Source: Camelus dromedarius
Lineage: Eukaryota
Assembly (NCBI RefSeq): GCF_036321535.1
Contig: NC_087436.1
Location: forward strand, 110,300,001-110,364,000
DNA length: 64,000 bases
Reading direction: 5' to 3'
The position numbers and the translations under genes are program-made. Positions 12,800-24,759 of the stretch are shown here, piece after piece. Under the pieces are notes generated by a model. It saw only the letters and a list, made by a program, of their open reading frames with translations, did not search any database and was not told the DNA's origin. Numbering within the stretch: position 1 is the stretch's first letter; every line of letters starts with the position of its first letter.

Positions 12800-14110
12800 C
12801 TGCTCATTCATTCTTGCATTTGTTCAGTCATCTGATGTTTACTGAGCTCTTACATTATTCCAGGGACTGTGTTCTCTGTGCCTTGAATAGTATTGAACAA
12901 AAGATATAGTTTCTCCCCTCATAGAGTGCACAGTCTAAGGGAGAAGAAAGACACCACACAAGCAAATAAGCCAATTACATAATTCCAATGAGGAATTTCA
13001 CAAATGTTATAAATGAGCCAAAGGTAATGTAAAAAATAATAATAATAAGGGAGGCTGACTTCTTTTGAGGGGACACTGAAACTGAAAAATAATTAATAGG
13101 AGCCCACTGTATGGACAGAAGGGAAAAGCACGTTCTAGGCAGATTGTAGAATGCATGTGGAGACCTTGTGGTGGAAGAGAAGCTGGTGTGTATGAGGAAG
13201 AAGAGAGGCAAGTGCCTGGAACAGTTGGGCTTCCTCCGGGCACCGAAGCCTCTGCACTTGCTTCTATCACAGAGCTTCTCACACTGTGGTATAATTTTCC
13301 GTCCACTGTGGCATCTCTTCTACGGGACTGAATCATCGAAGTTAGAAACTGGGTCTGTCTTCTCTGTAAATTCACGTTGCCTCTTACAGACCCTAACACA
13401 CTGTAGATACTCTGTAAAGGTTTAACCAGTGAAGAGGCACTAACCTCTGGTGTAAGGTCCTGGTAGAATAAATATTGAACTGCTGGAAAAATATAGTAGT
13501 TGAGTTAAATCCCTGGCTTTCGGTTGTTTACCTTTTCCACTCAATGTACTGAAAACCTGTGATCTAATAGGCAGCGTAACACCACTAAGGGCACGGAGAA
13601 GAATTAGGTAGAGTCCCTGCCCTCTACGATCTCAGAATAGAGTGGAGAGAAATATAAGTAAACGAGTGATTAGAGAAGTGTGTGTTAGGTTTCATGACGG
13701 ATGCCTCAGTGACAAGGCACAAAAATCAGCGAAGGGTATCTTTGAAGGCTTTCTGGGGATGGTTTCTGCTTCTTTCTATAACACTTGTCCTTTTAACAAG
13801 ATTCAGTCAGTTTAATTTAAGAAACAATAATTGCCCTTATAAAATGCAGAGAAAGAAAATAATAGGAATAAAATTTTAAGTTACAGAGACTCAGCTCTCA
13901 AAATATGGTGGGGATTTTCACGAAGAATTCCAGGACAAGCTGTTAATTTGAGGCACCATGGAAACCTTGTTGGATTACTAATGGGAGAGACTATTTGAGG
14001 ATATCATGGAAGCCTTCATGGAAGGGTTGGACCAGAGGCTGATCTTGACATAAGGAAAGGAATATTAGAAAAAATAAAGAGTAACAGAAAGACATAGGGC
14101 CAATGTGAGT
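12800..14110. mobile_element. Cluster of L2 fragments, mostly - strand, one + strand 3' end at ~13290-13430
   Basis: 'cattcattcttgcatttgttcagtc...cctcatagagtgcacagtctaagggaga'. Confidence 0.65.
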
Positions 14111-14471
14111 GGTAAGTAGCTAATTCAACAGTAGTTTATCTGTATTCAAATGGGGATAGTACCTTATTGTTCCTACTTGTGGAGGGGAAAACTGAGCCTC
14201 AATAAGTTCCAATGCTACAGAGTGAATAGTATCAAAATTAAGATGTATAACCCAAAGTCCAGTGCTGTCTCCACGTGGTTGTTTGGGAATTTCTGATGTA
14301 AGTATCACTCTTGATAGATGGATTCATAAAAAGGGAATCACCAAAAAAAGTAAAGTTCCCCAACATGGCATCTACAAACAACTCATTCAAGAAACTCCTG
14401 CTACTCTACCTTTCCTTAAGCATCTCTCCCACAGAGCCCATAGCTACCAAGGAGACTGAATAGATAGTTCA

Positions 14472-14860
14472 TGTTATGGGCTGAATTTTTCACTCCCCCC
14501 TAACCCAACCAAAATTCCTATGTTAGGCTTTAACCTGTATTTGGAGATAAGGCCTTTTGGGAAGTAATTAAGGTTAAATGAAGTCAAAATGTGAGGTCCT
14601 AATCTGATAGAAATGGTACCCTTATAAGAAGAGGAAGACCTCAGAGAGCTCTCTCCATGCGCATGCTCGGAGGAGAGGCTACTTGAAGGAAAGCAAGAAG
14701 GTACCATCTACATCCCAAGGAGAGCAACTTCACCAGGAGTCAGCCTTGCTGGCACCTTGATCTTGAACTTCTAGCCTCTAGAGCTGTGCTGAAATAACTT
14801 TCTGTTGTTTAAGCCGTCCAATCTGGCGTTTTGTTATGGCAGCTTGAGCAGACTAATACA
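14472..14860 (+). mobile_element. MLT1A-like MaLR solo LTR
   Basis: 'tgttatgggctgaat...gtaattaaggttaaatga...gctggcaccttgatcttgaacttctagcc...cagactaataca'. Confidence 0.9.
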
Positions 14861-17046
14861 ATCACGTAAGGAGACCAGCAGTGATTAGTTTGTGTATAAT
14901 GCAATAGTCACGTTACAGAGGGAGCACTGCAACGCATCACGATGACATTGGTTTACCCACACGTTAGCTGCCTGGCCAGTGGGCCAGACTAAATGTGATG
15001 AAATAAATCTTTGAGAGATTTCATGACACAGAAGAAGAATGACTCTGATCCTCATTTTCCACTATGAATCTTCTCATAGTCTCCTCTTCTTCGTCTCAGT
15101 CTGAGGCCACTATGAACAGACCCTTAAATCTTTCTAGAACATTTTCACAGAAGAAATGGCAAACTCCACTTCACAGAAAAAGGAGTAAGCTGTCCAAAGT
15201 CACAGAGCTAATAAGTATTAGACATCTCCTTCATTGCCTCCCTCAGTTTCCTAGCCTGTTTGTTCCTGTTTACAACCCTGATGTTGATTCATAGGTTTCT
15301 AACTGTGGATGGAAATTGATCTCTAACATTTCTCACTCATAAAGTAGGAGTCAATGCCCTTTCATTAAATTCCAAGTCATAATCAGATTGGGGTGATCCC
15401 AGGAAGCCCAAACACTCATTTTTTTTCAGTCTGAATTCATCTTAACCTGAAGAAGGCAAAAGACAATGGATTTGGATTCAAAGCAGAAGGGAATCAAGTA
15501 GAAGAAGTCATACTTTGTTGAAGACAACAAATCCATCCTTCTCCAAATATGGAAACTGAGGCCAGAGTGATTAGGACTCTCCTAGAATCACGTAGCTACC
15601 TAAAAACATATTTGTAAGCATGTGTCTTACAGGAAAGGAATCTTAAGCTGGAAAAAAAGGCAAGATGTATGAAACTGATGTTCTGTTTAGGTTTTAATTT
15701 AGAATCATGAAAAAAATTTTCAGTGCATAAATCACAGGAAACAAAAAGCACTGAGGAATTTCTGTGTACCAAGTGAAGTATTTCACTTAGGGCAGCTGTA
15801 GCCTAGCAAATAATTTTAGTCAAAGCCCAAATATAGAAATAAAGCTCACTAAACTGCAGCAATAATAATCCTAGGTTTTCTGCAGACATACCTACAAACC
15901 TCCCTCCCCTGCCCGGCAACATCCTCACACTCCCTCCCGGGTTTGCAGCCACACTGCAATCTAACTAGACTGTTTGTTCTTTCAAATCTCATTTCATAAA
16001 TTGTTGTCTCTAACATTTACCTCAATTTAAAGTGCATGACATCGACACTTCCCTGTACCTTCCAATTTTGCAATTCTTTCCAAAATAGCAATCACGTTTT
16101 TCCAGCAGGATGTGTTGTCTTAAAAACTCCTGTTGCTCATTGTCCATTTTCTGTTTCAGCCAATACACATGCAGAGCTTCTCTGATTACTTTATTTGTGA
16201 GCTAAAACACCGGGACTGAATTTACTACCCAGCCAGCCATGAATTCCCCTGGGTATGAAAGGAAAAAATTTGCTTTCCCAGTAACTCTGCATCAACCAGC
16301 ACCTCTGGGGATAATTCCTATACTTTCTTTCCAGGAACGAGTTGAGGGAGGGAAAAACCAGTAGCCTTCTACTTTTAGAAATTATATATCAAGAAATCTG
16401 GCATTATGAATTTTTGTTTGTCCTGCTTCATGGAGAAAATCTGAGCTCATATAACCAAAACCCTCACCTTTGATGAACTCTAAAGTCAACCACTGTGTGA
16501 GTCACTCCAGGGGACATAAGTTGGTGGGATGTAATTTAGTGTTCCCCAGCAGGAAAGAAACTAACCAACTCTTTGTGTCAACACACTGGTCCCCTAACAA
16601 AGAACTCAGTCAATCAACTGATCAAAATGTCTTGCCTTAAAAAAAACTTAATAGTTTGTGCATGTGTTTATGTGTGTGTGTGTGTTTTCATTTGACTAAT
16701 CATTCCTAGCTGTGAGTGTTTTACACCAAATGCTTTGATTAGATGAAGGAAAGAAAATAACTGAAGTGCTAACTATGAACACTGATCTAAGATACTTCTG
16801 TGTGCATTATCTGATTTAATTCTTGTAAGAATATTCTCAGAATATTTATTGACTCCTTTATCTGCCTACATAAAAGTTGATCCGCCAAGAAGCTTTGGAT
16901 GATACCTTGCATAAATTAAATGAATCTTCAAATAATCCTAAATAAGGTTTATAATTGTTATCCATCGCTCCTGGATCACTTTTCTTTTGTGAAAGCTGGC
17001 AGCTCATGTTTACAGTTTGAGTGATTTAGAAATGTGTACTCTAGAT

Positions 17047-17276
17047 CAGTGATTCTCAGCTTGGGGTGATTTTGCACACTGCTGCCCCCTGTCCCACCCA
17101 CCTTGGGAATTTTTAGCAATGTCTGGAGACAATTTTGGTTTTCACAACTGTAGTGATGCTACTGGCATCTGGTGGGTAGAGGCCAGGGACACCACTAAGC
17201 ACCTTATTGGATGGCCCTCCGCAACAAAGAATCATACGACCCAAAATGCCAGTGGTGCCTAGATTGAGAAACGCTG
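17047..17276 (+). mobile_element. MER20 hAT DNA transposon, near full length
   Basis: Termini 'cagtgattctca' / 'tgagaaacgctg'; 8-bp TSD ctctagat / ctctaggt; internal 'ctactggcatctggtgggtagaggccaggga'. Confidence 0.92.
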
Positions 17277-17309
17277 CTCTAGGTTATTTTCTTTTAAGTT
17301 TTATGCTTT

Positions 17310-17680
17310 TAACACACGTTTGCTTAATACCTGCTATGCCCCAGGTGTTTTGTTATGACATAGGAAAACAAATCAAAGACAAGGTCCTTGGCCTCCAGGA
17401 TTTCACATTCCGCTGAGAAGAAAGAATAAAGGCAACACATAGTTGTCTGGGCCTCATGAATGCCAGGCTCCTTTTGGAGAGAGACATCAAATAATCGGTG
17501 TTTCGAAGGGGAGGGGCTGCAAGACTATTTAACTCGAGGACTGGAAAAGGTAGCCCGAAAGAACTGACATTTGAGAAGTTCTAACGTGCGAAGAGGGATT
17601 CCCAATCTTGGTGAAAGACGTCATTGTATGTAGGAAGGTGCCCGGCAGAGAAAAACCGGAGGAAATGTAGAAAGGCAGGC
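17310..17680 (-). mobile_element. L2 fragment forming the CpG-island shore
   Basis: 'cttaatacctgctatgccccaggtg...aaagacaaggtccttggcctccaggatttcacattc'; later 'tgacatttgag'. Confidence 0.6.
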
Positions 17681-18515
17681 GGCGAGGCTGCCGAGCTTAG
17701 CCAGGGGCGGTATTAGAACGCTATTCTGCCATCCTCGAGTCTCCCTAACCTGGGCTCATTTCAAAGAGAAGTGAACGTCAGGGCTGGGATTTGAAAGTGG
17801 AGCCCGAGTGAATTAGGCGGGGGAAGAAAACCCAGGCGACGGGGACGGCGGTTGGAGGCGGCAGGACTTGCTGGGGGAGTGACGAGGGCTCCGGGGTCTG
17901 CGCAGGTAAGCGTGTGGGAGGCGGGAACGGGACGCGAGCGTCAGAGTAACCGAGTGCCTGCTTCCTCGTGTCTCTTTGCGTCCTGTCCAGGCACACGAAT
18001 GGTTTAAAATGACTTCTTATTTCCCCTCAAGATACGTGAAAATGAGCCCTAACAGGCCCTTCTTTATAAGCTGTATGAATTCAAGGGGTCTCAGCCTCAG
18101 GTGCAGGTAGACTTCGTCCCAGCAGGAGCCTAAATTTGACGGACGAAGCGGGGTCACAGCACGACCTTTGCCCCCTCCTCCCCGCCCCGCCTTCCCCTTC
18201 TCCGCCCTGCGTCACTGCTTGGGCTTCCGCAGCCTCAAGCTCTGCTTCAGTAAAAAGTCCCAGTTCCCTTCAGCCTTCATGCCTTTGTGCCTTCACTCAG
18301 TTCGGGGCTTTTTTAGAGCCCGGTGGCTTTTTGATTGCCGGTGTTCTTACAATGCTTTTGGCAAATCACCCGGTGCCTCCCACACACAGCCAGCACTTCG
18401 CAAACAATAGGAGTGCATGAAATTCAATTCACAACGGCGCGGCTTACACATTCCAAACTCACTGACGAGACAAGCCGTCCAATTAATGATCTCCCTGTGT
18501 AATTGCTTTCCCTCG
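17490..18515 (+). promoter_or_regulatory. CpG island, probable alternative promoter
   Basis: Only CpG-dense, GC-rich kilobase in the window; GC boxes (ccccgccccgcc ~18180), TGACG half sites, splice donor at 17905/17906. Confidence 0.75.
17780..17905 (+). other. Candidate non-coding first exon (start is a guess)
   Basis: Strong donor 'GCAG|gtaagc' inside the CpG island; no ATG in 17780-17905. Confidence 0.55.
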
Positions 18516-19249
18516 CTTACCCAATTTGCTTTTGATCATGCTCTGTTACAAATTCCCTCACCTGCTTATGCCAGGAGTTCCTTTCAAAGGGAACCAGTGG
18601 GGGCTGAAAGGGGTGGGCTGGGTAGTCGGATGCACAGTGAGATGATTTCAAGTGGATTTTGGACCTGTCCTCTTTCCTCTTAAGCCTCCCTACGCACTGT
18701 ACCAGGACTACCTGAGGTCTTTCTCGCACTCCCCACTGGGTTGTGAATACCAGTGGTTTCCTTTTGTTCTCTTTACTCTCTCTTTTAAGAGACTGTCTGT
18801 TTTAAAAGGACTGAATCTTTCATCTCAATTTGAATCCCTCCTGCATGTCCAAAGCCAATGGTACGACTGATCAGCCTGATGGCTGACTTCCCTAGTGACA
18901 ATGCAAGCTAGGATGTCAACTATTATAACTTACTCATCTGTCGCTGGATCTTGGGGCTCTGTGTGGTGCTTTGTAGGAGTTCAGTAAATATTTATACCAT
19001 AGGTATATGGATGAATATTTAATAATGGCACTAAACTTAGTTTAAGGATTTTAAAAGAAAGTAAAAGACATGAAAATGTGCATAAAGAAGAAACATGTGT
19101 AGAAAACTAAAGTGTTAGAGAGACAGTACCAGAAGCCAGAGGTCTGCTTTAATAAGGCTGATATGGGTACCAGATTGTGCAGTTTACAAGAGTCTGGCTG
19201 ACCGTCATGTGAATGGTAGTAGACAGCTCTAAACTCTTTGAGAACACTT

Positions 19250-19500
19250 GTGTGAACAAAAAAGGCTCAACCCAGAGTCACAAAATCAGGTCTCAAGGCT
19301 GGGACTCAAGTTCAGTTCCACCATTTCCTGGTTGAAAATGAACTTCCCTGAGTCCCACTTCCACAGCCCTTGCCTGACCCAAAGGAGAGTGGCAACAGCA
19401 TGGATCTCCCGGGCTACAAATGAGAGGCAAACAAGAAAAGGCATGAGAAAAGGCACACAAAAACGATTCACAGACTGCAAAATTAGCTATAGTTATTTAA
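19250..19500 (+). mobile_element. MIR, degenerate
   Basis: 'ccagagtcac...ggactcaagttcagttccaccatttcctgg...cttccctgagtcccacttcc'. Confidence 0.6.
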
Positions 19501-21236
19501 CAAAATAGAAAGGATTAAGGTCCGGTAAGATGAGATGGATGATTTAAAAGATGTAGTCAGATGATAGGGAAACAGCATAAGAGCTGACGATTTGAACGGC
19601 TTCTCTGTTGTTTTCATTTTTGATGTTTAGAGAAAATGTCTTGAGATAGTACTAATGGGCTATAGAAGCTATTAGCACTGGAAACTGTCTGGAATGTCAT
19701 CATATTGTTGAGATAATATTTATCTGAGCTCACCTGCCTTACTCTGAGCTGCATTATACATTTAGTGTCTGCAGGTTGGTAGAGCACTCACTCCACTAAG
19801 AATTATAAGGGGTCTTTACAGAATGTATCAAATGGGCAAGAACATGTTGGAGTCACAGCATAAAGGGTCCTCGTCTCACTGATTTCAATGTCTCGGCTTT
19901 TTCTTTGCATGGGAGTGTGAATATCTCTGAGCAGTGACTCTCTTCTAAACACTCTACTCAGGAAATGGAAATAGGTAAAGAAAATATGTCTTTATTTCCT
20001 CTTTGTCAAATCGGCTGCTGGACAGTCACAAGGGGGAGCTGATACATTATACAAACGAATTGAGTTTCCTACAAAAATGCATTCAACAGTGACTTGAAGG
20101 TCACATGGCAGCCATATGGGATAATCCAGTCCAATCAATTCATCTCTCTTGAATCAACACCTTGTTGAATACTTTCAATCATGCAGGACTGTACAGGAGG
20201 GAGCGATGTGTGTGAGGGGAATCCCAATGAGTAAACGAGGGTCTGTGTCTCCCAGGGCAGGACTTTCCCAAACCTGACAAATAAACAGAGTGGGAGACTT
20301 AAGAGACACTGTTTCTTGACCCAACACAAATCTTTCCTTGGCTTTATTGACATTGAAGAGACATACTGAATTTTCAAAAACTAAACTAAGAGAGGTTAAA
20401 AAGAGAGCATCTGAAGTATAAAACTAATCTGACTTTCTATGTGTTTCTAAGCTTCTCACACTGAAGAGTTTCTCTCTGTATATATTACATCTCGTATGTA
20501 TGGGCCAGAGAAGTCTACACGCTTGTCACAACATTCAAGATTATTCACTTACATTTCCTTTTTCACGTTGCCTTAGCTATATTTTTGAAGGTAGAGTCCC
20601 TCTACCTCTTCATGGCCAAAACCCACCTTTCTCAACCCCATGACAAATCTCATTCTCTCTCTCTCTCTCCCTCTCTTTCTCCCCTGCCCAACCCCCTTCT
20701 CCTTCATGTCAACAGAAGATACAGAAGGTGGGGGAGGCTGCAGAAAGTAAGATATATTTTAATCAGAGCATTTTTGAATTATCCTGCTTCTGAAGGTGAC
20801 CCAGGAAATAGCCGTTCTCAGCCTCTAGTTGGGAGAACTGCCCCCCACCCCGTCCTCCTGTGAATCTGAAAGCACCACGTGTTCTCTCACAAGGCGTGGT
20901 GCTCGTTACCTTCTGTTACGCTGATTTGTCTATCTGTTGTCCTCCCTTGAATGGGTTTTAAACTCCTTACAGCCTGGATCACATTCTGGTTGACGTCAGT
21001 TTTCTTCCTGTAGCCAAGCACTGTGTTTTATACACGGCAACAACCACATATATGGTTGTTGCGCCAAGTGAGAGAGGAGGATAAAAGATACCACAGTATC
21101 CTGAGAAAACTCCATCTTTTAGATGAGAAAGCACCACACACAGGAGCATAGCTGAGGCCTTCCTGCATCCTTTGCTCTGCACAGAAACATTGCTACCTCC
21201 TTGCATCCACTATCTTAATGGCACTGCCATTTGCCT

Positions 21237-21415
21237 TTCTTTTTTCTTTAATATTTTTATTGAAGCATAGTGAGTTTACAATGTTGTGTCAATTTCTGGT
21301 GTACAGCACAATGCTTTAGTCATATAGGAATGTACATATATTCGTTTTCATATTCTTTTTCACAAATTACTACAAGATATTGAATATAGTTCCCTGTGTT
21401 ATACAGTATGAACTT
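21237..21415 (-). mobile_element. Young L1 3' end (camelid-type)
   Basis: T-rich tail then 'ttgaagcatagtgagtttacaatgttgtgtcaatttctggtgtacagc...atagttccctgtg'. Confidence 0.88.
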
Positions 21416-24025
21416 CAACAGAATGTCTCATCATGCAACCCCTGGAACTAATTTGGCCAAGTCTGCAATTCCAGATAACAGCCACTAAAGCTTCATTACT
21501 ACACCAGTAACCTAATTAAAAAAAAAAAAAAAAGAATTAAGATCGACTGTAGGAGAACTTAGAGTAGGCTGTCACTTCAGATGAGCTATGCCATCATTAA
21601 CCTTTAAGGTCACATAGGCTATTATTGAAGTGTCACATATCACTGTGTCGAGATTAAATTAGACAAACTATTACCTCATTATTGAGCTAACAAATCTCAA
21701 GCTTTTCTGAATTAATATTATACAGACTGGAGACTTCCTTGGCCAGTTTACTAATAGTGCACAGATTTAAACTATTTAGATGTAATGTATGAGATCAATT
21801 TCCTAGCTGGAAGAAAGAAATCATCTGAAGCTACTTTCAGTTATGGTAAAGTCATGAACAGATCTGAGACTAAATTATCAGCTGACATTTAATTTTGAAG
21901 CAATGTATTGAAGGAAAGTGGATGCCCATTGGTTTTATTCTGGCATCCTTTTACTTTAATGTCAGAATTCTTCAGCTATAATGAAATAAGTTTATACTTT
22001 ATCTAAAGCGAATACATGGATTTGAAAGCATCAAAGTAAAGACAACTTGTGATATAAAAGAGCAACCCACTCAATGCCTTGTTTTGAAAAGGTTATTATC
22101 CAATCAATACAGTAAAATATGGTGCATGAGACATCACAGGCAGCTGGCTGGAGGTGCAGGTTAATTCCAGGCTTATGTAATGGCTGGGAGCCAGGACTGT
22201 TATCTTTCCTCAATCCAGCAAATATTGTCTTATAACAATGGCTCTGGAAGGGACTTTATAAAGATCAGCTAGTCAAACTCTTGTCATTTCATGAATGAGG
22301 AAACAGGTTCAGAAGGTTTATGTGATTTGCTCAGAGTTACAGAGCTTAAAGTGCTATCAGAGAGCAGGACCACTGTTGTATGCAGACTTCCGAAGCAAGA
22401 AATTACAAAAGAAGTCAACCCACTTTGCTATCTCTAAAACTTGTGAAAAAGCAGAATTTGTCAAAGCTGAGTGACAGATATGCTATGGGGTGGGAGATAA
22501 GGAAAAGTTTTGCATTCCTAATTAAATATCTTTAATAATAAAATTTATTTCTATTATTTTATTAAAGTGTTCCTTCTATTATTATTGAACCAATATGAAC
22601 AGACTTATCTCCAGTAAGTATCCAGCCAATCCAGAACAATGAGAGTGGTACTTTGGACATAGCTACAAATTATCTTTAACTGTATTTAATTTTAACACAA
22701 TAGGACTTCTTTGTTTTCCTCCCCGATTATTTTTTTTATAAAGTAACAAAGCAAAATACAATAAAATTTAGTATCAAAGTTATGTAATTAAATACATATT
22801 TGTGAAGTTGCCCAAGTAGAACTGTTGACTGATAACTAATGCCACCGTGGAATATTTTTAATTTTTTATTTGTGATTTGTAATAGCAAGGTTGGAATTCA
22901 GTATATGAAGCCCAGTTTGCTGCTGTCAGTCTCTAATGTATAAAGGAATGATCGTTCTAGACTTGAACATATTAAAGTTAAGAAAAACCTGTGCTGTGGC
23001 CGAGAGCATGCTAATAAACTGAGTAAAACATTATTGAAATAAAACTGAAGATGTGCTTACCAAAGATCTCTTAGAACTTTTTCAAAGGCAATGACCCAGA
23101 AGGTAAAGTGAACAGTAGGAGAGGGAACAAAGGATTTTTTACCTTCCTCCTCTTCTGAATAGTGTCCCTATGCTATTTGGATGAGATGGAAATCACAATG
23201 CCAACATTGAACATTTTAGATATACAGACAAATATGAAATACATTATGATGATGTTACTATTTTAAAGGCACAGAACTGAGGAGACATTCCAGGGAGAAA
23301 TACAGATGCCTCTGAATATCTAGATGTTGATGTATGTGGAGCTTTAGTTTCGGTAAAGCAGCCTCCTGGGCCGCTGTGATGGACAAGGTGGACAAAACAG
23401 TGGGCAGAGTCCCTGTCCTTCCATTAGCTCACCAAGCAGGGCAGTTTTATTTTTATTTTTAATCAAAATTATAATCCAAGTACAAATTTATTTGAATACA
23501 ATAATTCTACTGATCCAGACAAAATGTACAATGTCTGGATTTTTTGTTTTCACTTGGATGTTGGTAGTCATGGAGATGTCCAGATTTGCTAATCAGGCCA
23601 AGATTGGTCATGGACGTATCAGAGGATTCTTTTCCAACAATATGTCTTGTGACAAGTAATTATTTATAAACTATGAACTCATAGTTGGAACTTTGAAGAT
23701 AACAACTTTCTCGTGTAAAGTGACATGAACTGTAAAACCTGGGAAGCATTTTTTTTCATGATATGCTTTCGTGCTTCAAAGTTATTCACTTCCTGAACCA
23801 AAACATCTGCTGATTAGATTGATAAGAATAGAACTATCCTCCCGAAGGGTAACTATGGAAGGAAAATTGTATTTGCAACGTAGAAAGTTACTTATGAGCT
23901 GAGCCCAATGGTGCCGTATTTCCTCATGGTCTTACGCTCCACATCCAGTTTCCTTGGCCCGCTCTGCTCCTCCCCCCCAGTGCACCCTGCCCACCACCAA
24001 TCCTTGCTTGACTCATCCTTCTGCA

Positions 24026-24505
24026 CAGAGGTTCTTAACATCTTTGTGTATGTTACAGACTCCTTTAGCAGACTCGTGAAGCTTATTTACCCCACCCCAG
24101 ACTAATGTGTTTAAACCCATAATAAACATACATAGGATCACAAATGAAGCCAGTTATCGAAACTTTTAAAAATAACAAATTTGAAACAAAAATGTATGTG
24201 TATCCTTCTTATTAACACATTAAATAATAAGATAGTGCATGAAATCTCATTACTTCCATAATTTTCAATTAGTAATAAGTTCAATAATATTTTAATATAT
24301 CAATAATAACTGTAGTAACTAGAAGAAAATGCTATGGCTTTTATTGGCCCCCAAGCCACAGGTCTGTCAATATCAATGAGACCTGTTGCTACGATTCGTA
24401 GTTAATAGAAAGGCTGAATTTTAGTTAGATGCTAGTGAAACTAAGCCTTTATATTTTTCCAATACGAACCAATGGACTCCTGATTAAACATCTAGGTTAA
24501 ATTCT
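24026..24505 (+). mobile_element. MER119-like hAT-Charlie DNA transposon
   Basis: 'cagaggttcttaacatc...gactcctttagcagactcgtgaagc...atacataggatcacaaatgaagccagtta'. Confidence 0.75.
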
Positions 24506-24759
24506 AGATTTTATTCAGGAGTCACCTACTCATGAAAAAACTGCTTTTGGGAAACCATTCTCCACATCCATAACCATCCTCTCTCAGTATTCTGAAAGTA
24601 ACATATGCTTGCCTGTACCAAAGAACTTAGTTCAATGCACTGCCATTTTATCATTAATTTAAGTTCATGAAGTACTTATTTTGGACACTCAATAAGATAC
24701 AAATATGTTCTCATTGTCAAAATTTGAACTTAGATAAAGGCAAAGACCCTGTTAACTAC

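Noticed and set aside
17778..18729. ORFs in the CpG island
   Set aside because: Expected in GC-rich DNA; many have non-ATG starts; no recognisable protein
20991..20998. Full CRE palindrome TGACGTCA
   Set aside because: Isolated 8-mer in L2-like sequence; compatible with chance
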